Source of the DNA: Utricularia gibba
Taxonomy: Eukaryota > Plantae > Magnoliophyta
DNA length: 64,000 nucleotides
NCBI GenBank assembly: GCA_002189035.1
Contig: NEEC01000009.1
Location: 2,170,001 to 2,234,000, forward strand
Direction of reading: 5' to 3'
Each line of letters opens with the position of its first letter. The stretch's first letter is position 1. Below the pieces are notes generated by a model, which did no database searches, had not been told where the DNA came from, and saw only the letters and a list, made by a program, of their open reading frames with translations. Position numbers and translations under genes: made by a program. Below are positions 37,430 to 51,652 of the stretch, piece by piece.

Positions 37430-37764
37430 TGAAGCGAATATCAAGAATCAATCTTTCTCCCTGTTCACCAACTCCCGCATCGAAATAACCACATGGGATC
37501 GGACTTGAAACCCAAGAGTCTGGTAGAACAACGAGCTTGATCCGGGCTCTCGGTGACACTCAACTTGGCGAGGGACAAAATGCGCCGCTTGTCTATGTAC
37601 TTGTTCACCAAGTTTTGGACTTGAATGTCGCGCTTCAGATAACAACGAACGAATAGTCGTTGAACCACTAAATAGCAACTTTTCGTGGTTTTTATTTGCA
37701 AGTTCTAAAATTCATTACCCACAGACTTTACCATCGGCTTTAGTTAAAACCAACCGGTCCGATG

Positions 37765-37818
37765 GAGATTTGCCCTTCGATCACCACTGTCGAGACTTGC
37801 CCTTCTATCACCCCTGTG
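37765..37818. repeat. 27-bp tandem duplication in an intergenic/promoter region
   Basis: gagatttgcccttcgatcaccactgtc / gagacttgcccttctatcacccctgtg (4 mismatches). Confidence 0.85.
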
Positions 37819-38123
37819 TAACTTGCGTATGCGTCGCCTGCATGATCGAAAGAAGCATCTTTTCTCTAAAAAGGGTGTCTTGTATAATTTAGAACACCAA
37901 AAACACAAGACTCGTTCGCAAACAAGGCCCCTTATCTGATACATTTGTACATGAAACTTCAGGCACGCAAGGTTCCTAACTTGGCCTACCCACATTTGAA
38001 CCAACATCAGATGGCTCTCAGACAGCAAGTACATATCCTAGCTAAGTGCAAGGAACCTAAACCGGTTTCAATCTGTAATAAGACATTTGTAAGCACAGGC
38101 GATCGGGCACAAAGGGCAACAGA

Positions 38124-39461
38124 TCAAAGATGGAAAGTGTTCTCTACATCCACTTCGTCATGTTCATGAACTAGTTTGCCATCACTCTTACGCTTCGGTG
38201 GGGTGTTCTGATTAGTTGAGTGTTTAAGCTTGGGAAAAGGGGGTTCATTGCAGCCATCTGAAAGCCCTGGCCTGCCGAGCTGCATCTCTGTGTCGACGTC
38301 CAGTGGCATCCACGCTAAGGGTAGGACTGCACAAACTAGAATCATCAGTGAGATGAATTTGATGCATAATGAGCGTTCCGTATGATAGAGGGAAATAATT
38401 ACTCGTCACCTTTGGCAGGTTGTACAGAGCCTGGTGTCCCAAGACCGCCAAAACCATTTGTCAGGAGATGAGCACGCTTTCTCACGTAGTTCTCTTGGAG
38501 AGGTCGTGGTATTTGAAAAGAAAACCTTGAAATGTGAATCCCCTCTTCACCATACTCCGGGTGATCAGTCAGGAACCTTAAGCATTAGCACCGTGATGGA
38601 CGATATACATCAAAAGCTATTATCACATAAAAGATAGTAGTTAAAGACAGTACCGCTGAACTTCAAGCAGTGAACGAAGTCTTTTCCCATTTGGTGAAGC
38701 GTAGTACCTATAGCATATGCGCTAGAAGTTAGGAACGAGTAATCAATCTCATGATCAAATAACAACTAATGATCTGTAGGCAGCCAACTGTAATCTAGAA
38801 ATACGGAAGCCAAAGAACTTATAAACGTTGAGGAGATTTGGCTGCGGTTTCCTATTAACTAAAGATGATATAGTGATCTGCCAAGGAATGCTTACACATC
38901 TGCAAACTTGGTGCCACCTTCACCTCTAATTCTCAGTAATCTTTGCCAACCAGATGGCGTTCGAGGGATGTTAGGTTTGTCGATAGCCCAAAGCCTGCTG
39001 CCATCTTGTGTTATATCAGGTGGATCTTCACATGAAATTTCAGGCTTCCATTCTCGGGCTGATTCACAGAAGAAGGGTTTCTCTAGAATGCATTCGCGTA
39101 TCTCTTCGTACTTCTCCATTGAAGGAACTAGCCTCCATTTGAAGCAGTTAGCACATTGAACAGTGAAGGCCCCTATAGATGGAAAAATCTTTGGAGTCTG
39201 CTTGGTTACAGAATGCTGTCTTGATGAAGATAAAGGTTCAACGGCAACATTTTCTGTAGGATCATAACACACCAATTGACTCCCGGCATTGCGAGTTTGG
39301 TTTTCTTCATTTTCCAAGTCACCATTATTCAAACCCCCTTCAGATGTTTCTACTCGATCCCGACAATCAGACAGAAGATCAACTTGAAGCCCTGGCCTTT
39401 CTTGTGAACTAGGATCCTCCTTACCACTATCAAGGTCGTCCATTGTCAAACTTCCTGCCAT
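38124..39461 (-). CDS. MBD2: Methyl-CpG-binding domain protein with CW zinc finger (MBD2-like)
   Basis: SIGAFTVQCANCFKWRL...FFCESAREW...SCEDPPDI (CW finger); WAIDKPNIP..PSGWQRLLRIRGEGGTKFADV/YYASPNGKRLRS; FSFQIPRPLQENYVRKR. Start codon uncertain. Confidence 0.93.
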
Positions 39462-41834
39462 TTTCTCATTCTTCAACTTTACAGTAATTTTTAATGCATT
39501 GGACTGCAAGGCTAACTCCAACTGCGATATTGCTGCAGCATGATGATCAATCCGAGTGGTTTACCTTAGTCTCACCATCACCATGAACAGAAAATGACCT
39601 CTGATCTTGGATACATGGGCCTTATAGCTACTCAATCTGAAGCCTGATGCAAATTACACTGAGAATAAGCGGACAAGGCCTACAACGTAACATAACTACT
39701 ATCAGGTGGAAATTGTGAAAACAGGAATGCACATTTTGAACAACCAGCGGAGACAAAGAAAAATACAATTTACTAAAGAATATGGAAGCAACGCAGAATG
39801 GCAGCAAAATGTAAATAAAGGAAAGACAAAAAAAAAAGTCAAGAGGAGAACAAAGACAACTCTAAAATCATGTAAAAACAACAACTATTCATGTCAATTC
39901 TACAATTTCATCACATAGTTTGCGAGTCCAACAATTCCAACATTTGACACAGAAGCATATACCATGTGAAATTTGAATTCTCCCACGCAGTCAAGCTCAG
40001 CGCAAGAGGTCAAATATGTGCACAAGAAGATCAACTCGGATTTGAAAGCACAGCAAGAAAATATTTAGCTCAGAGAAGTCAACGGAATCTAAAAACACAC
40101 TAATGTAGTGATCACATCCTCAAAGCACAGTGCATAGGGAAAACAAAAGCACTTGGGGATCAGCCAGCTAAGGAGGATACAGGAAAGGAAAGGCAAGCGC
40201 AGCCCCACTAGGCGCGGAGAAGAGATTACACAATATGAAACCAAATGCAAGAAAAAAATGCACGGTCTTGAGATAGGAAACGAAAACCCATGTGTCAACG
40301 CAAACAGACCGGAGAAACCCACCAAGGAAATGAATCTATTAAAACCACTTCAGTAATCAATACCAGAAATGACGGATTCACAAGCAACAAAAAACAGCGA
40401 ATCCCGACGGATCGTCAGGCATTCTCGCACGTAAGCATCACTACTTCCGTCACCGTTGTTTTCAGTGCTTTCGTTCTTCTCGGTCAGGAAGTCGCAGCAT
40501 ACGCATTTCGCACCACATGGGTCAGGAAAAGAACTGACATTTTCACTAAATTATAAGCGATTTTAGTGTAAAAAGTGTTTCTTTATTAACAAGAAACTCC
40601 TTAAAAAAACACGTATGCAGCGAAAGAGTTATACCACGCGCGTGTTGAAAAGCAGCGGACACATTCGAGTCTCTTGCAAATTCACTGTATTCCGTATACA
40701 CCCTCTGGGGCGACTTTATTTTATTGGAATTGGGGTTAGTTCCCAATGCCACACATAATTCATGCACGAGGGAAATGCAAACGGAGCCCCCCAACTGAAT
40801 CAGCAGGGAATGGATTTCGGGACATCAGGGAAGGCCGCAATAAAAGAGTGGCAGCATCCAAAGCCTTCGATTCAAGCTGTGATATCTGAGCAGCAGAGGA
40901 TGAGCTTAATGAGGGGTGACCGAGAATCAAGTAGTAAGAGACTGGACAGAACTTCATAGAGAAATGCAAATGCGCAAGAAATTAATGGTAATAAGATTGC
41001 AGCTATAATTCATAAGATGAAGGTAGAATGGCAGACGACAGAAGATCCATCTCTGGCCATAGCTGGAAAACATTTTGCAGATGAAGCAACAATGGGAATG
41101 AAAACAAGGAAGCACACTTGTTGATCTACTATTGTGGCATATCCAGGGATTCCAGTACAATGAGAATAATAATCGGAACATAAGAATTAAGGCAATTGTC
41201 CAAACCTTCAACCTGCCGGAGTTGACAAGTCATGATGCAAAGGTTAAATGAAACAAATGCGCGAAGCATCCTGCTATATGAAGCCAGAGCCAAAGCCAAA
41301 GGAGATAAAGGATTTTTAGGGCACCAGGCAGCCACCATGTTAAAGAGATTCATTCAGCTAATACGCTGGTGATTCAAAGTCAGATCACATGATGAAAAGA
41401 TCAAGGCAGGTGATCCAATTTCCCCTCCAAATTTTCACTTATGAATCGTAATATCCCAATGATAGTATGCAAACACGAGCGACATTCTGTCATATAAAGC
41501 TAATGCCAGTCATAGTACGCAACCACCAAGTTGCTGCTGGTGAGCACCCAATTCACATCATGGAAGCATAATGATAGACGACTCATATCCAGAAAGAAAA
41601 CATATCCCCGAGATCAAAGAACACAGTACAAGAAGAAAGATAGTCAGAATTTATCTGCAGATCAGGTAACCGTAAGGAGAAAAAAAGAAGCATATCTGTT
41701 GATCTTCTATTATTACAACATCCAGAAACCTAACAACCTCGGGGACGATGCCAAAAATCGAAAACTTCATACTGAAAAGTCGAGTGATAACGCATAATAC
41801 CGAAGCGAAATGAAGCATCAAAAAGAAATCGCGC

Positions 41835-42074
41835 TTAAACAGGGCTAAGAAGTTGAGCGAGAGATGGCCTCGGCTCAGATCTCATCCCGATTACGATAAT
41901 CAATGGGATGAATCCGTAGTGAGTGATGACTTTCCCCTTCTTTAAAGCCCAGTTAGTCCATTCTTTAACACATTTGGTCGTCGCCGCAAACGTCGATCCC
42001 CCATCGTCATCCGCCGCCGCCGACTTCTTCACCGCCTTACCTTTTCCAGCCTTGAGAGAAACCTTCGACGTCAT
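41835..42074 (-). CDS. TOM7: Mitochondrial import receptor subunit TOM7
   Basis: [46 protein letters not shown]. Site II elements lie upstream (42229-42300). Confidence 0.95.
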   Translation of the reverse strand: MTSKVSLKAGKGKAVKKSAAADDDGGSTFAATTKCVKEWTNWALKKGKVITHYGFIPLIIVIGMRSEPRPSLAQLLSPV

Positions 42075-42506
42075 TGGAATTGTAACCCTAACACGTTTAC
42101 GAGCAGTGCTCTGGGCGTGCGATTTAGGGCTTACGAGCGTATTGTGCACAAGTCGCTGAATTCAAAAGACGTAAATACCCCTTGAGTGAGGCATGAAGAA
42201 AATGGCTACAACGATAATTTGACACCGGTGGGCCTGCTACTTAGGTTAGGTTTTTGTAGACGTCTGTTGCTTTGAGGCCCAGTGGAATATCAGAGGCCCA
42301 AGACAAAATAGGGTCCAGCTTCTGGAGAAATCTAGAAGTCTAGTGATACAAGCCAATAAGTAAGGTTTCGCGGGAGTCTCTGGACAACAGTGGATCTTTG
42401 GGATTCTCGGAAGTTTCTTGTATTTTCCTGCACATTCTTCCTGTTTTCTCCACCTTGTTGCTGTGCAGTTTTTGCTTGAGACAGCGAGTTTTTGTATTCT
42501 CTTAGT

Positions 42507-43661
42507 ATGAAGAGTGCTTTGGGAATCATGGAGGACTACGCTCTGTTAAAATTGAAGAGGAAGGATCCGGAAGAATTCAGCGATGATTTCTCTGAATTTT
42601 CGCTCTCTTCTCCGGCCAGGAAGATCCGGCGACTGGTATGCTCTAAATGTTTGGGTTATTGTAGTTTAATCCTGTTTCTGTGCGATTGTCTTCCCGTAGT
42701 TTTCGGGATGTAGATCGATTATGCAATTTTGTCAAGTCTGCGCGTCGTCTGTGGGTAGAGCGGCCTTGATTTGAATAACGGTGTTTTGTTTTTGTGATTT
42801 AGGACGTGGAGCTGCCTCCGATCGTGGTGCAGGAGGAATGTGAGATGCCTTTAGTTTCTGAATATTCCCCTGTCAAGGAACTCAATCCTGGTTATCCGTC
42901 TAATGCTGCTGTAAAAATTGATGAATTATCTAGTGTGCCACTTAATGAAGAAAGGGCGATTGTTCTCTTTAATCCCAACAGCACGGCGTCAACTTCGTTC
43001 ATTTCACCATCGCCATTGAGGTTCTTAGTTTCTGTCGGTCCTCAAATACTGTCGGGGATCAAGAGTAAGTGAACAGTTTGATATAGCCTTAGTTTTCCAT
43101 ATGAATGTTGAATATCGTTTGGATCCTTTGTGTGCGCCTGCTGTCATTGATGAATGAACAATATTTTGGTTTTGCATCATTCTGATCATTTCAACTGTCT
43201 GTTTTTCTGTAGCAGCAGCAACTTGAATCTGTTCGTTTATGTGGTTACTTGATTCTGCCTTGCTGCTTAGCCATACTTGTGCCTGCAAACTCTTATACAT
43301 GCTCATATGGTCCACAGATCATGTCTTGCTGCCGAGAAATTCGAACATTGTGATGGGAGTTGATGATGATGCAGCAGAGGCTGATCCATCTGCACCATAT
43401 AACAACTGCCTAGCTGTCATTCCATGGGCACCACAATCACAGCCGCCCTCCGTCAGTGAGCCTGAGAACTCCGACTTCATGGACGCCCAAGAAATTGTAG
43501 AAGAGGAAGCAATGGATGTAGAAGACAATGCCACCCACAAACAAAGTAGCAGGATGCTCATTGGTGACGGCGTCCATCAATGGCGGCTGCAGCAGCAGCA
43601 CTGCTTTGTTTCACATCCTCCCCTGAACACGAGCTCCCCTGTCAGCTGGTACCAATATTAG
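42507..43661 (+). CDS. Conserved uncharacterised plant protein
   Basis: Three exons: LKRKDPEEFSDDFSEFSLSSPARKIRRL / DVELPPI...NEERAIVLFNP...ILSGIK / ...NNCLAVIPWAP...MDVED...QQQHCF...SPVSW. These motifs match a family recalled as neighbouring MBD2 in Arabidopsis. Confidence 0.8.
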
Positions 43662-43983
43662 ATGCCCTTTCGTAGCAGCAAGCCAAGGAGCATCATCACT
43701 TCAGCTACTCCCAATCCAAAGAAGGTTGTATGGTAACTTCTGTGATGGTTGTTTTTCAAACTCGAAGTCTGCGAGCACAGAGAAAATGTGCGATCTTTGG
43801 CGCATCAATCACATCTTTGCCATCAACTCAGTTCATGAAAATCAAAGCAAGTATATGGATAAGAACAATATTGTGCTTTGAGTTCAATCCAATGAATTTT
43901 TAATTATATTTTAAAATATTTAGGAGATAAAAAAAACTTTAATTAATTTTAAAAAGGCTATAGATATCCCATATTCCAATTTT

Positions 43984-44080
43984 GGCCCATTTCAAAATTG
44001 GAAGATATTTTTTAATTTTTTATTGGGCCCTAAAGCTGCGGCCCAAACATTTGTTCTCGAAACAGCGGAAGGAACCCTAG
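43984..44080 (+). promoter_or_regulatory. Site II cluster plus telo-box upstream of RPP3
   Basis: GGCCCA at 43984, TGGGCC at ~44023, GGCCCA at ~44040, AACCCTAG at 44073. Confidence 0.65.
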
Positions 44081-44159
44081 TTCATAATCGCCTCCTCGTT
44101 CATTTGCTTTGGTTCAAGAAGATTTCGGGCGGCGGCCGTTTTCGTTGTGAGCCGAAGGA

Positions 44160-44601
44160 ATGGGAGTTTTCACGTTCGTGCTTAGGAAGTCTGGAGGGGA
44201 TTGGAATGCTAAGCAACTCAATGGCGATCTGGAGGATTCCGCCGAAACCACCTATGAACTCCAGCGCAAGCTTGTTCAAGCTGCCTACGCTGCTGATTCT
44301 TCCGGCGGTGTACAATCTTCTTTCTCCCCCATCACTCCTCACTCCGCCGTGTTTCAGGTTCTTGTTAACGCGATTTCGATTTCGTATTCCTCGAGTCTGC
44401 GAATTTCGATTATAATTTTCGCCATTCGCGTAGGTGATTATTGGTGGAGGCGGCGGTGGAGGCTTTATCAGTGGAGGTGGCGCTGCAGCAGCAGAGGCGG
44501 CTTCCGGTGGCGGTGCGGCCGCGGAAGCTCCTGCGGCTGAGGAGAAGAAGGAGGAGAAGGAAGAGAGTGATGACGATATGGGTTTCTCACTCTTTGATTA
44601 A
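44160..44601 (+). CDS. RPP3: 60S acidic ribosomal protein P3
   Basis: MGVFTFV...LQRKLVQAA...[11 protein letters not shown]...SAVFQ / VIIGGG...[20 protein letters not shown]; one intron. Confidence 0.96.
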
Positions 44602-46302
44602 GGTCACCAGTTACAACTTTAGCTATTCTGCGTTCCATGTTTCTCTTTTAATCAAGCACTCGTTGAATCCCTCGTTTGGGTTTCAGCAGATTATCGGTTT
44701 TCCTATGTGAGTTGTGCTACAAACCAATCTTAATTTTTGACTTCGTTCATCTATCATTCTTCAGAAACCGTTCTGTACTTCATTTGTTCCTAACACACAA
44801 GCCCCAGCTCAGGACATTTTCATGAATCCAGAAGTTGCTTCCTTTCTACTGCAACTGGATACAATCCAGTGCTTTCAACAAAAGATCATCTCCCCTGATA
44901 TATAATCTCCTTTCTTGATTTCAAGGAATTGGTCCTATCATCTGCCATATTCGTGCAAAGTTTGCTCCTTTCCGTATACCATGGTGCTGAACCAATTGCA
45001 AAATGTGTCCTTGATGCAATCTCGGCTTCCTCGAGTACAAAAGAGTGGCCAGAATATGGCTTCGATTTTCCCCTTAAAAAAATAGGGATGTGTTATAAAA
45101 TTGACCATCCTCCTATTATAAAATTGGCCACCTTCCTTGATTGATGTTACTTGTGTGAGAAAATTAGTTACCTTATAAAAAATTAGTATATCGTATGATA
45201 GAGAATCATAGGACTACCATTTTTTTAAATGTCCCAAAATATAGAGCTTCTTTTTAAGATTGGTTTGGAGATGTCTCAGTCAAAACTTGCACTGTTGTTG
45301 GGCTGATAATTGTGGGCCGGGGCCTGGGTAGATGTGTTGCGTTTCACGCGCCTACGCAGGGGCGTAGTCTTCTCCTCTTGTCCTCTTTTTTGAATACAAA
45401 ATCGCCGGCTGGTGATGTAAATGTCGCGTACGGAAGCGAAGGTTCTCCCCTCGTCTCTCCCAATCGACCCTTCCGATGTGTACGTACACTGTTAACGTTT
45501 TACATACAAAAACAAAAAAAGAATGAAATTGCGAATCGTCAACGAACGATCTGCGGGGTCGTTGCGTATGCGTCCCTGTTCCTGTGACGCGCTTGTATTT
45601 TGATCGTAATATGGCGTGAGCTTTGGTTTTCTTGATGTTTTTCAGCGCACTCGGTGTCGAAGATCTCTAAGGGCGGACCAAGTGGAGGTATGCATTTGGG
45701 GACGTGTTAGAGTTTTCTGTTTCGGGATTCAGATAGATACTTCGGGAGGTCCCTTCTGGCGTCTCCATATTAAGGTTTGTTCGTTTCGCTGTTGCCGTTG
45801 ATGATTGTCACGGTGTTTGTGTCAGACTTGGGTAGGGGTGTATAGCGTAGTGAAATGTTTTCTGCTAAGCAGCAGGTGCACTTGTGTGTTTAGGAGGGCA
45901 ATTTGCTCATGTTGTCGAATTAGTGGGATTCCTTTTACTTGGAAATCTTCGGGTAATTCATTTGGAACGATGATCAATCTTGTTATTATCCTCCTTCTTT
46001 TGAAACTTTTTATCGCCGCCGGTTTTTTCATTGATTTTAGTGGATTCGGTAGCATTCATGAAGTGTCGAAAGACTATGAGTCGCGTTTTTTCCGGCATCT
46101 GCAAATGCTTTTGTGATATCTGAGCATTAATGTCATATGTTTTGATATAATGCATGCAATTTTTTTCTTTGCAGGACCTGATTTTTGCAAGCCATAATTT
46201 TGTTATCCAGTTTTGTTGATTGAATAATCACGTTCCACTTGGTGTTTTGAGGAAGCAGGAGGAAGGAAGTTGTAGTATTTCCGGATTTTATGCGTATTTT
46301 TG

Positions 46303-48952
46303 ATGAAGTCAGGTCAGGCATGGCGCTCAGGCATGAAATTCATGCAGTCATTGCCTGGGAATCGCCAACACGGCCCAATAAAGAAGCCAACATGGATAAT
46401 CACTCTGATTTCCATGGTTTGCGTCTTCTTAGTTTGTGTTTATGTTTACCCAGCACAGCACTCCGCTGCTTGTTATATGTTCTCATCGCATGGCTGCAAG
46501 AAAATGCAACGGTGGCTTCCTCCCACGCTGTCTAGAGAACTAACCGATGATGAAGTTGCTTCTCGAGTTGTAATTAAGGATATATTGAATATGCCCCCAG
46601 CTGTTTCAGTGAGACCAAAAATTGCGTTCCTGTTCCTAACACCTGGTCCATTACCTTTTGAGAGACTATGGGAAAGGTTTTTCCAGGTACTTCATCTTTT
46701 ATACATTATTTTATTTTTTAAAGTAATTTAGTATATTTATGTTTGCTTCTTTAAGTCATACATGAACCTCCTCTCTAATTTTGTACCTCGCGCCAAAGAC
46801 ATACTGTATGTTGTTTAGAATTCAGGATAATACTGATCACCTAATAACTGTATAGTTAGTATCGCTGCAAGCTTTCACCTCGTTTTTAGTTTCAGCTCTT
46901 TTTTTGTTTTAATGTTGTGCAATATGCCGTCATTTGTGAAATCTCCTCTGGATTCTTTCTCCGACAGGGTCATGAAGGTAGATTTTCTGTTTATGTGCAC
47001 GCATCCAAGGATAAACCTGTGCATTTCAGCCGTTATTTCATCAATCGAGAGATACGTAGTGACAAGGTTTTCAGCTTGTTCTTCTTTTCTTCATCATTTA
47101 AGAATATGAAACTAATCAGGGATTTTCATTCTTAAAATTTTGGTTGTTACCAAAAGATTTGGGGGGGGGGGGTGGTGTTGCCTACGGTGATGCTAAGACT
47201 GTCATTAGTTCACACCTGCAGGTAGAGTGGGGGAAAATCTCAATGGTTGATGCAGAAAGGCGGCTTTTAGTTAATGCACTGAAGGACCCTGATAACCAGC
47301 ATTTTGTGCTGTTGTCAGACAGGTACAGTGAAAATTGTTCCGTGTTAATTTCTTATCTTCCGACTTGTGCATTCAAATTTTGCATATCCCAAATAGACAT
47401 ATCTACCTGACTTGCAGCTGTGTCCCACTCCGTGACTTTGATTATGTGTACAACTATCTGCTGTACACCAACGTCAGCTTTATAGATTGGTAAGATGGTA
47501 TTTTTCTTTTTGAGATATATTCCCTTTTTCTGTTTACTCAATTTTGGGGAATCTTTAAAAAATTGATTGTTTTCAAAAAAAAAAAAAGTATGTCGTTGAA
47601 TATATTTAGAGAGCTTTCCAGCCCCACAGATGTTTGATGTTGATCTTATTTTGCTTTATGAGAGTAAACTTAGGGTAGTTTGACCATAGAACTTGAATGT
47701 TTGATGATCAATGGCTCAAATTTATCCAGCTTTGAGGATCCTGGTGTGCATGGAAGTGGCAGGTACAGTGAGCACATGCTGCCAGAAGTTGAAAAGAAAG
47801 ACTTCCGCAAGGGGTCGCAGGTGTGTTATTATTTTTGGTTTAAACCCACTTTCGGTTGACAGATTGCATGATTTTGGAACAAGCGTCTCAACTTTTATCA
47901 ATTAAAACTACCAAATATTAGTCCTTGGAGTCGCTTGCGTAGTTTTCCACTGAATATTAAAATACGATATTATTAAGTGTTATCTAATTATTCAGAGCAA
48001 TTGACACCTTTGTCTTCTAATGATGCAGTGGTTCACTATGAAACGGCAACATGCAATTGTAGTGATGGCTGACAGCCTCTACTACACAAAATTCAGAGAT
48101 TATTGCAGGGTACTCATATCATTTAGGCTGTTTTTACATTTACTACTATTTCATTGATCTTGATTTTGGAACTCAGTGATTTTCAAATTCCTTTTATTTA
48201 TTTATTTATTTACTGACAGACCAAACCGCATATTTGACTTACCTAATGTTTCACCTGTTCATTCTATTGAACAGCCGGGCATGGAAAAAGGTCGCAACTG
48301 CTACTCTGATGAGCATTATCTGCCCACATTCTTCAATGTGAGCTTTCTGAGAAATGTTACTTCCCCACCTCCTCCAACTCATGTGTCACATATATATAGA
48401 TATTTTCGCTGGATGAAACTTTTTCTAATTCCTTTCCAGATGTTTGATCCTGCTGGAATAGCCTACTGGTCAGTAACACATGTTGATTGGTCAGAAGGCA
48501 AGTGGCATCCCAAATCATATGGCGCACAGGATGTCACGGTTGAGTTGATTAAAAATATTACAGTATAACACTCTTTCTCTCTTGCCTCCATATTCATCCG
48601 TGATTTCCATTTCCCTTCTATCATTTTTTTCAAATGTCTATATTCAGCTCGTTTATTATATTGAAGTATGCTCATTTGTCTGATTCATTTTATTCCTATT
48701 CTGGCAGTCTGTGACTGAGAGTGTGCACGTTACGAGTGAGGAAGTGGTAAGCATCTATCTTGTCCATGCTCTTTCTATGTCATTGCGTTGGGTGATACGA
48801 AGGCTCGCTTCTATGTGGTGCAGAAGCAAACTCAAAGGAGACGATGCACGTTGAATGGACGCCACCGGCCCTGTTACTTGTTTGGCAGGAAGTTTTTACC
48901 CGAAACTCTTGATACTCTCCTTCAACTCTTTTCTAATTACACATCCATGTAA
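46303..48952 (+). CDS. Core-2/I-branching beta-1,6-GlcNAc-transferase family glycosyltransferase (BC10/DUF266-like)
   Basis: N-terminal TM; PKIAFLFLTPGPLPFERLW; GHEGRFSVYVHAS; WGKISMVDAERRLL; FVLLSDSCVPLR; FRKGSQWF; DEHYLPTFF; HVDWSEGKWHPKSY; RPCYLFGRKF. A 5'UTR intron lies upstream. Confidence 0.93.
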
Positions 48953-49520
48953 GTGGCATGGAGAATCCTTTTGATGATTCTTTGGTCGAATTGCCCCTGT
49001 TGCATTCGACCCCGATTATACTACATCGGAACAGAGCAAGCGACAGATAGAAACTGATCATAAGTTCATGGGAAGAATCTGAATCTCAAGAAATCGTATG
49101 GCGATGCTTTAAACTCCTTCTGGACACTGGCACCTTCATGTTGCAAGATGCAGAACAAAGCAAAAGCATGTTTACCCCCCTAAGGTGTGGTCTATTTCTC
49201 CTGTTCTGCTTCCTGATTTTTCCATCTTACTTTTTCCCTGCGTTCAAAAACCACTCCTCGGATGGAGGAGAATATTTTCATTAGATGACAGATTTTATAA
49301 ATCTCTATTTCTCTTAGTTCAGAAGTTGTGATGATTCCATGACTCTCATGCACTTGTAGTACATTGCTCAAAATAAAACTGAAAGTTCAAGAAACATAGC
49401 TATTTCAGTGACAACTTTTTGCCCATGCTACGAGCACTCCTTTCAAGAACAGGCTAAGTGGATTTTTGTCCACAAGAGCAACACATTCAAGAGATGTCCG
49501 ATTTCAACTCATGTTTCTCA

Positions 49521-51123
49521 TCAGCAGAAGCATGGGTAAGCAAAGTGTGTCTTCTTCACAATATAGGGCGACATGGAATCGCTCATAGACAAAGAACCGT
49601 TTTTAGATGGAACAAGAACATGTTCCTTGCCATTGGCAATCCTTTCACCAACAACACTGACATAGAATCTGCTCGGAAAGGCTGGGATGAAGATGTCGGC
49701 CTGTGAGCAGATGTATATGTCGATGGCCTTTTCATATGTTCCACTCTTAGAAGCCAGGAACTTTGCCTTCTCGTATGCCGGCATGATCGCATCCTGTAAG
49801 TGGAATGATTCGATCCAGAATGAGGATATGAGTGAATTGTTAGTATCATGCTAAAGAATATGCTACCTTGTTGTAAGTTTGGGGGAAATGGTTCCTTATT
49901 GTGTCAAGACTGGTGTGCCATCCGGCTTGTGTAAGGTATATGGTTGCATTGGCATGAGCACCGACCCTCTTCAAAAAATGGCTGATTTCTTCTGCATTGA
50001 AACAATGCTCTGTGGCTTGACAATTGCTTTTCTGGAGAACCTCTAGCCTAAGATCCACAGCTACAAAATGGCCTCTTGAGTTTAAGCTTATGCTTTGGAG
50101 TGTCTCCACCATGGACTCAACAAGGTCTTGGAGCACTTCATTGAGCTTGAGGCTTTCAAATGCTGCTAGACAGTGATACTCCTCCTCTGTTTCACTGTTC
50201 AGTCTTCCCATGCTGGCAGATGAATCCTCAAAGTATGTGACAATCCTCAAGTTATGGCTCCTTTTGAAGATGGGCTCAATGGTTGCAGCAATGTAGTTCT
50301 TGGAGACCCTTTCCGGAACCCGAATGATACGGAGCTTTGGTTTCGAAGATTCGAGGGATCGATTCTTGGTTACTTGGACCACCCTTCCAACACTTGCTAT
50401 GAACTTGTTAATATCATATATCTCTTCAAAATGCCTGCAAGAGGCACACACAAGCACAGGGATGATCCCAGTGGAATGCATTGTATGAGCACTCTAGATA
50501 ACCAACCCCACCTTTTGTCTCCTGAGTTTGCTTCTCTGATGTCAGGAAGAACAAGTGTTGCTCCAACATGCTTCGCTATTAGAATGGCATTCGCCACCTG
50601 AAACAAGGTTTGAAAGTGCTCATCTCTGCTTATTTTGGGACAATGCGGACTCTTATGAGTAAAAGAGAGAAAAACTAACCTGTGATGCATGATACTCAGG
50701 GCCATGAGTCAATGAAAAGAAGATGTACCCATTGGTTTTCTCATCTCCTGCAAAGTATCCGGCCAAGTCAAAGAACACCAGCCTTTCAGGTGGATAGAGA
50801 TGTTAGAACTCTTACTCATTGAATCCTTTCTCCAGCATGGCCTCCTTGTCTCATTGCTTCCCTTGACAGAACCACCATTGACTACCTTTGAGGTCTCAGA
50901 ATGTTCATACTGAACAATGCGTGATACTGGAACCATTTCCTTTACCAGAACAAACCACTACTCAACTTGGAAACATGCAAAGAACATCCAAAATCCAAAA
51001 AACGAATCAAGAAATGGCTACCAGAAATGGATCAATGTGTTCTCTCTTGATCATGTTTCCAAGCATTGCAAACATGGAGAATGTGAGAATGGCTGCCATC
51101 ACTTGCCTCAGATCAACAGCCAT
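49521..51123 (-). CDS. MSR: MANNAN SYNTHESIS-RELATED (O-fucosyltransferase-like, GT106)
   Basis: MAVDLRQVMAAILTFSMFAMLGNMIKR; GYIFFSLTHGPEYH; AKHVGATLVLPDIR; HFVAVDLR; IYLTQAGW; IDIYICSQADIFIPA; SPYIVKKTHFAYPCFC*. Confidence 0.92.
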
Positions 51124-51652
51124 TTCTCCACAAACTCAAGAGAAGCAATCTGCTTGCTCTTCTCTGTGGGCTCCAGGCCTCACCACTGTGAATGAAAAGC
51201 TAGCTATGAAAACACACCAAGTGAGAGTAGGAGGTTTAGAAAACACCAAAGGTGACTTGAATGCACATATTATGGCTCTTGGCTCATTCGCTTTCTCTTC
51301 CATTTTCTTGTTAGGCTCCTTTGTTCCTTTGCATCGGAACAAGGGGCTTTTCTGCTTAGAAAGATGTTGTCATTTCCCAGTGATGTCATGCCAACAAGTT
51401 TGTTCTTTTGGTATACTCAACTATAAATACTAACCTTAAATTAAAAAATTGTGTAATTTCAAAATATTATTCGGTACGATGAAAATTAATAAAATTATTT
51501 ATTTTCAGTTTTAAAATGCGATTTTCTATTTTTATTTACCTTTTCTGGGGTTCTCTCGAGCTTCACGTATTGTGTGTGTTTCTTTCTTGCTTTCTGCATT
51601 TGAAGGCTCGCTCTCGCAAACCTGGGATTCTTTTTCAGCACGCGCTGTGAAT

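Noticed and set aside
47161-47172. G12 run in a glycosyltransferase intron
   Set aside because: A simple homopolymer of uncertain length. No evidence of function.
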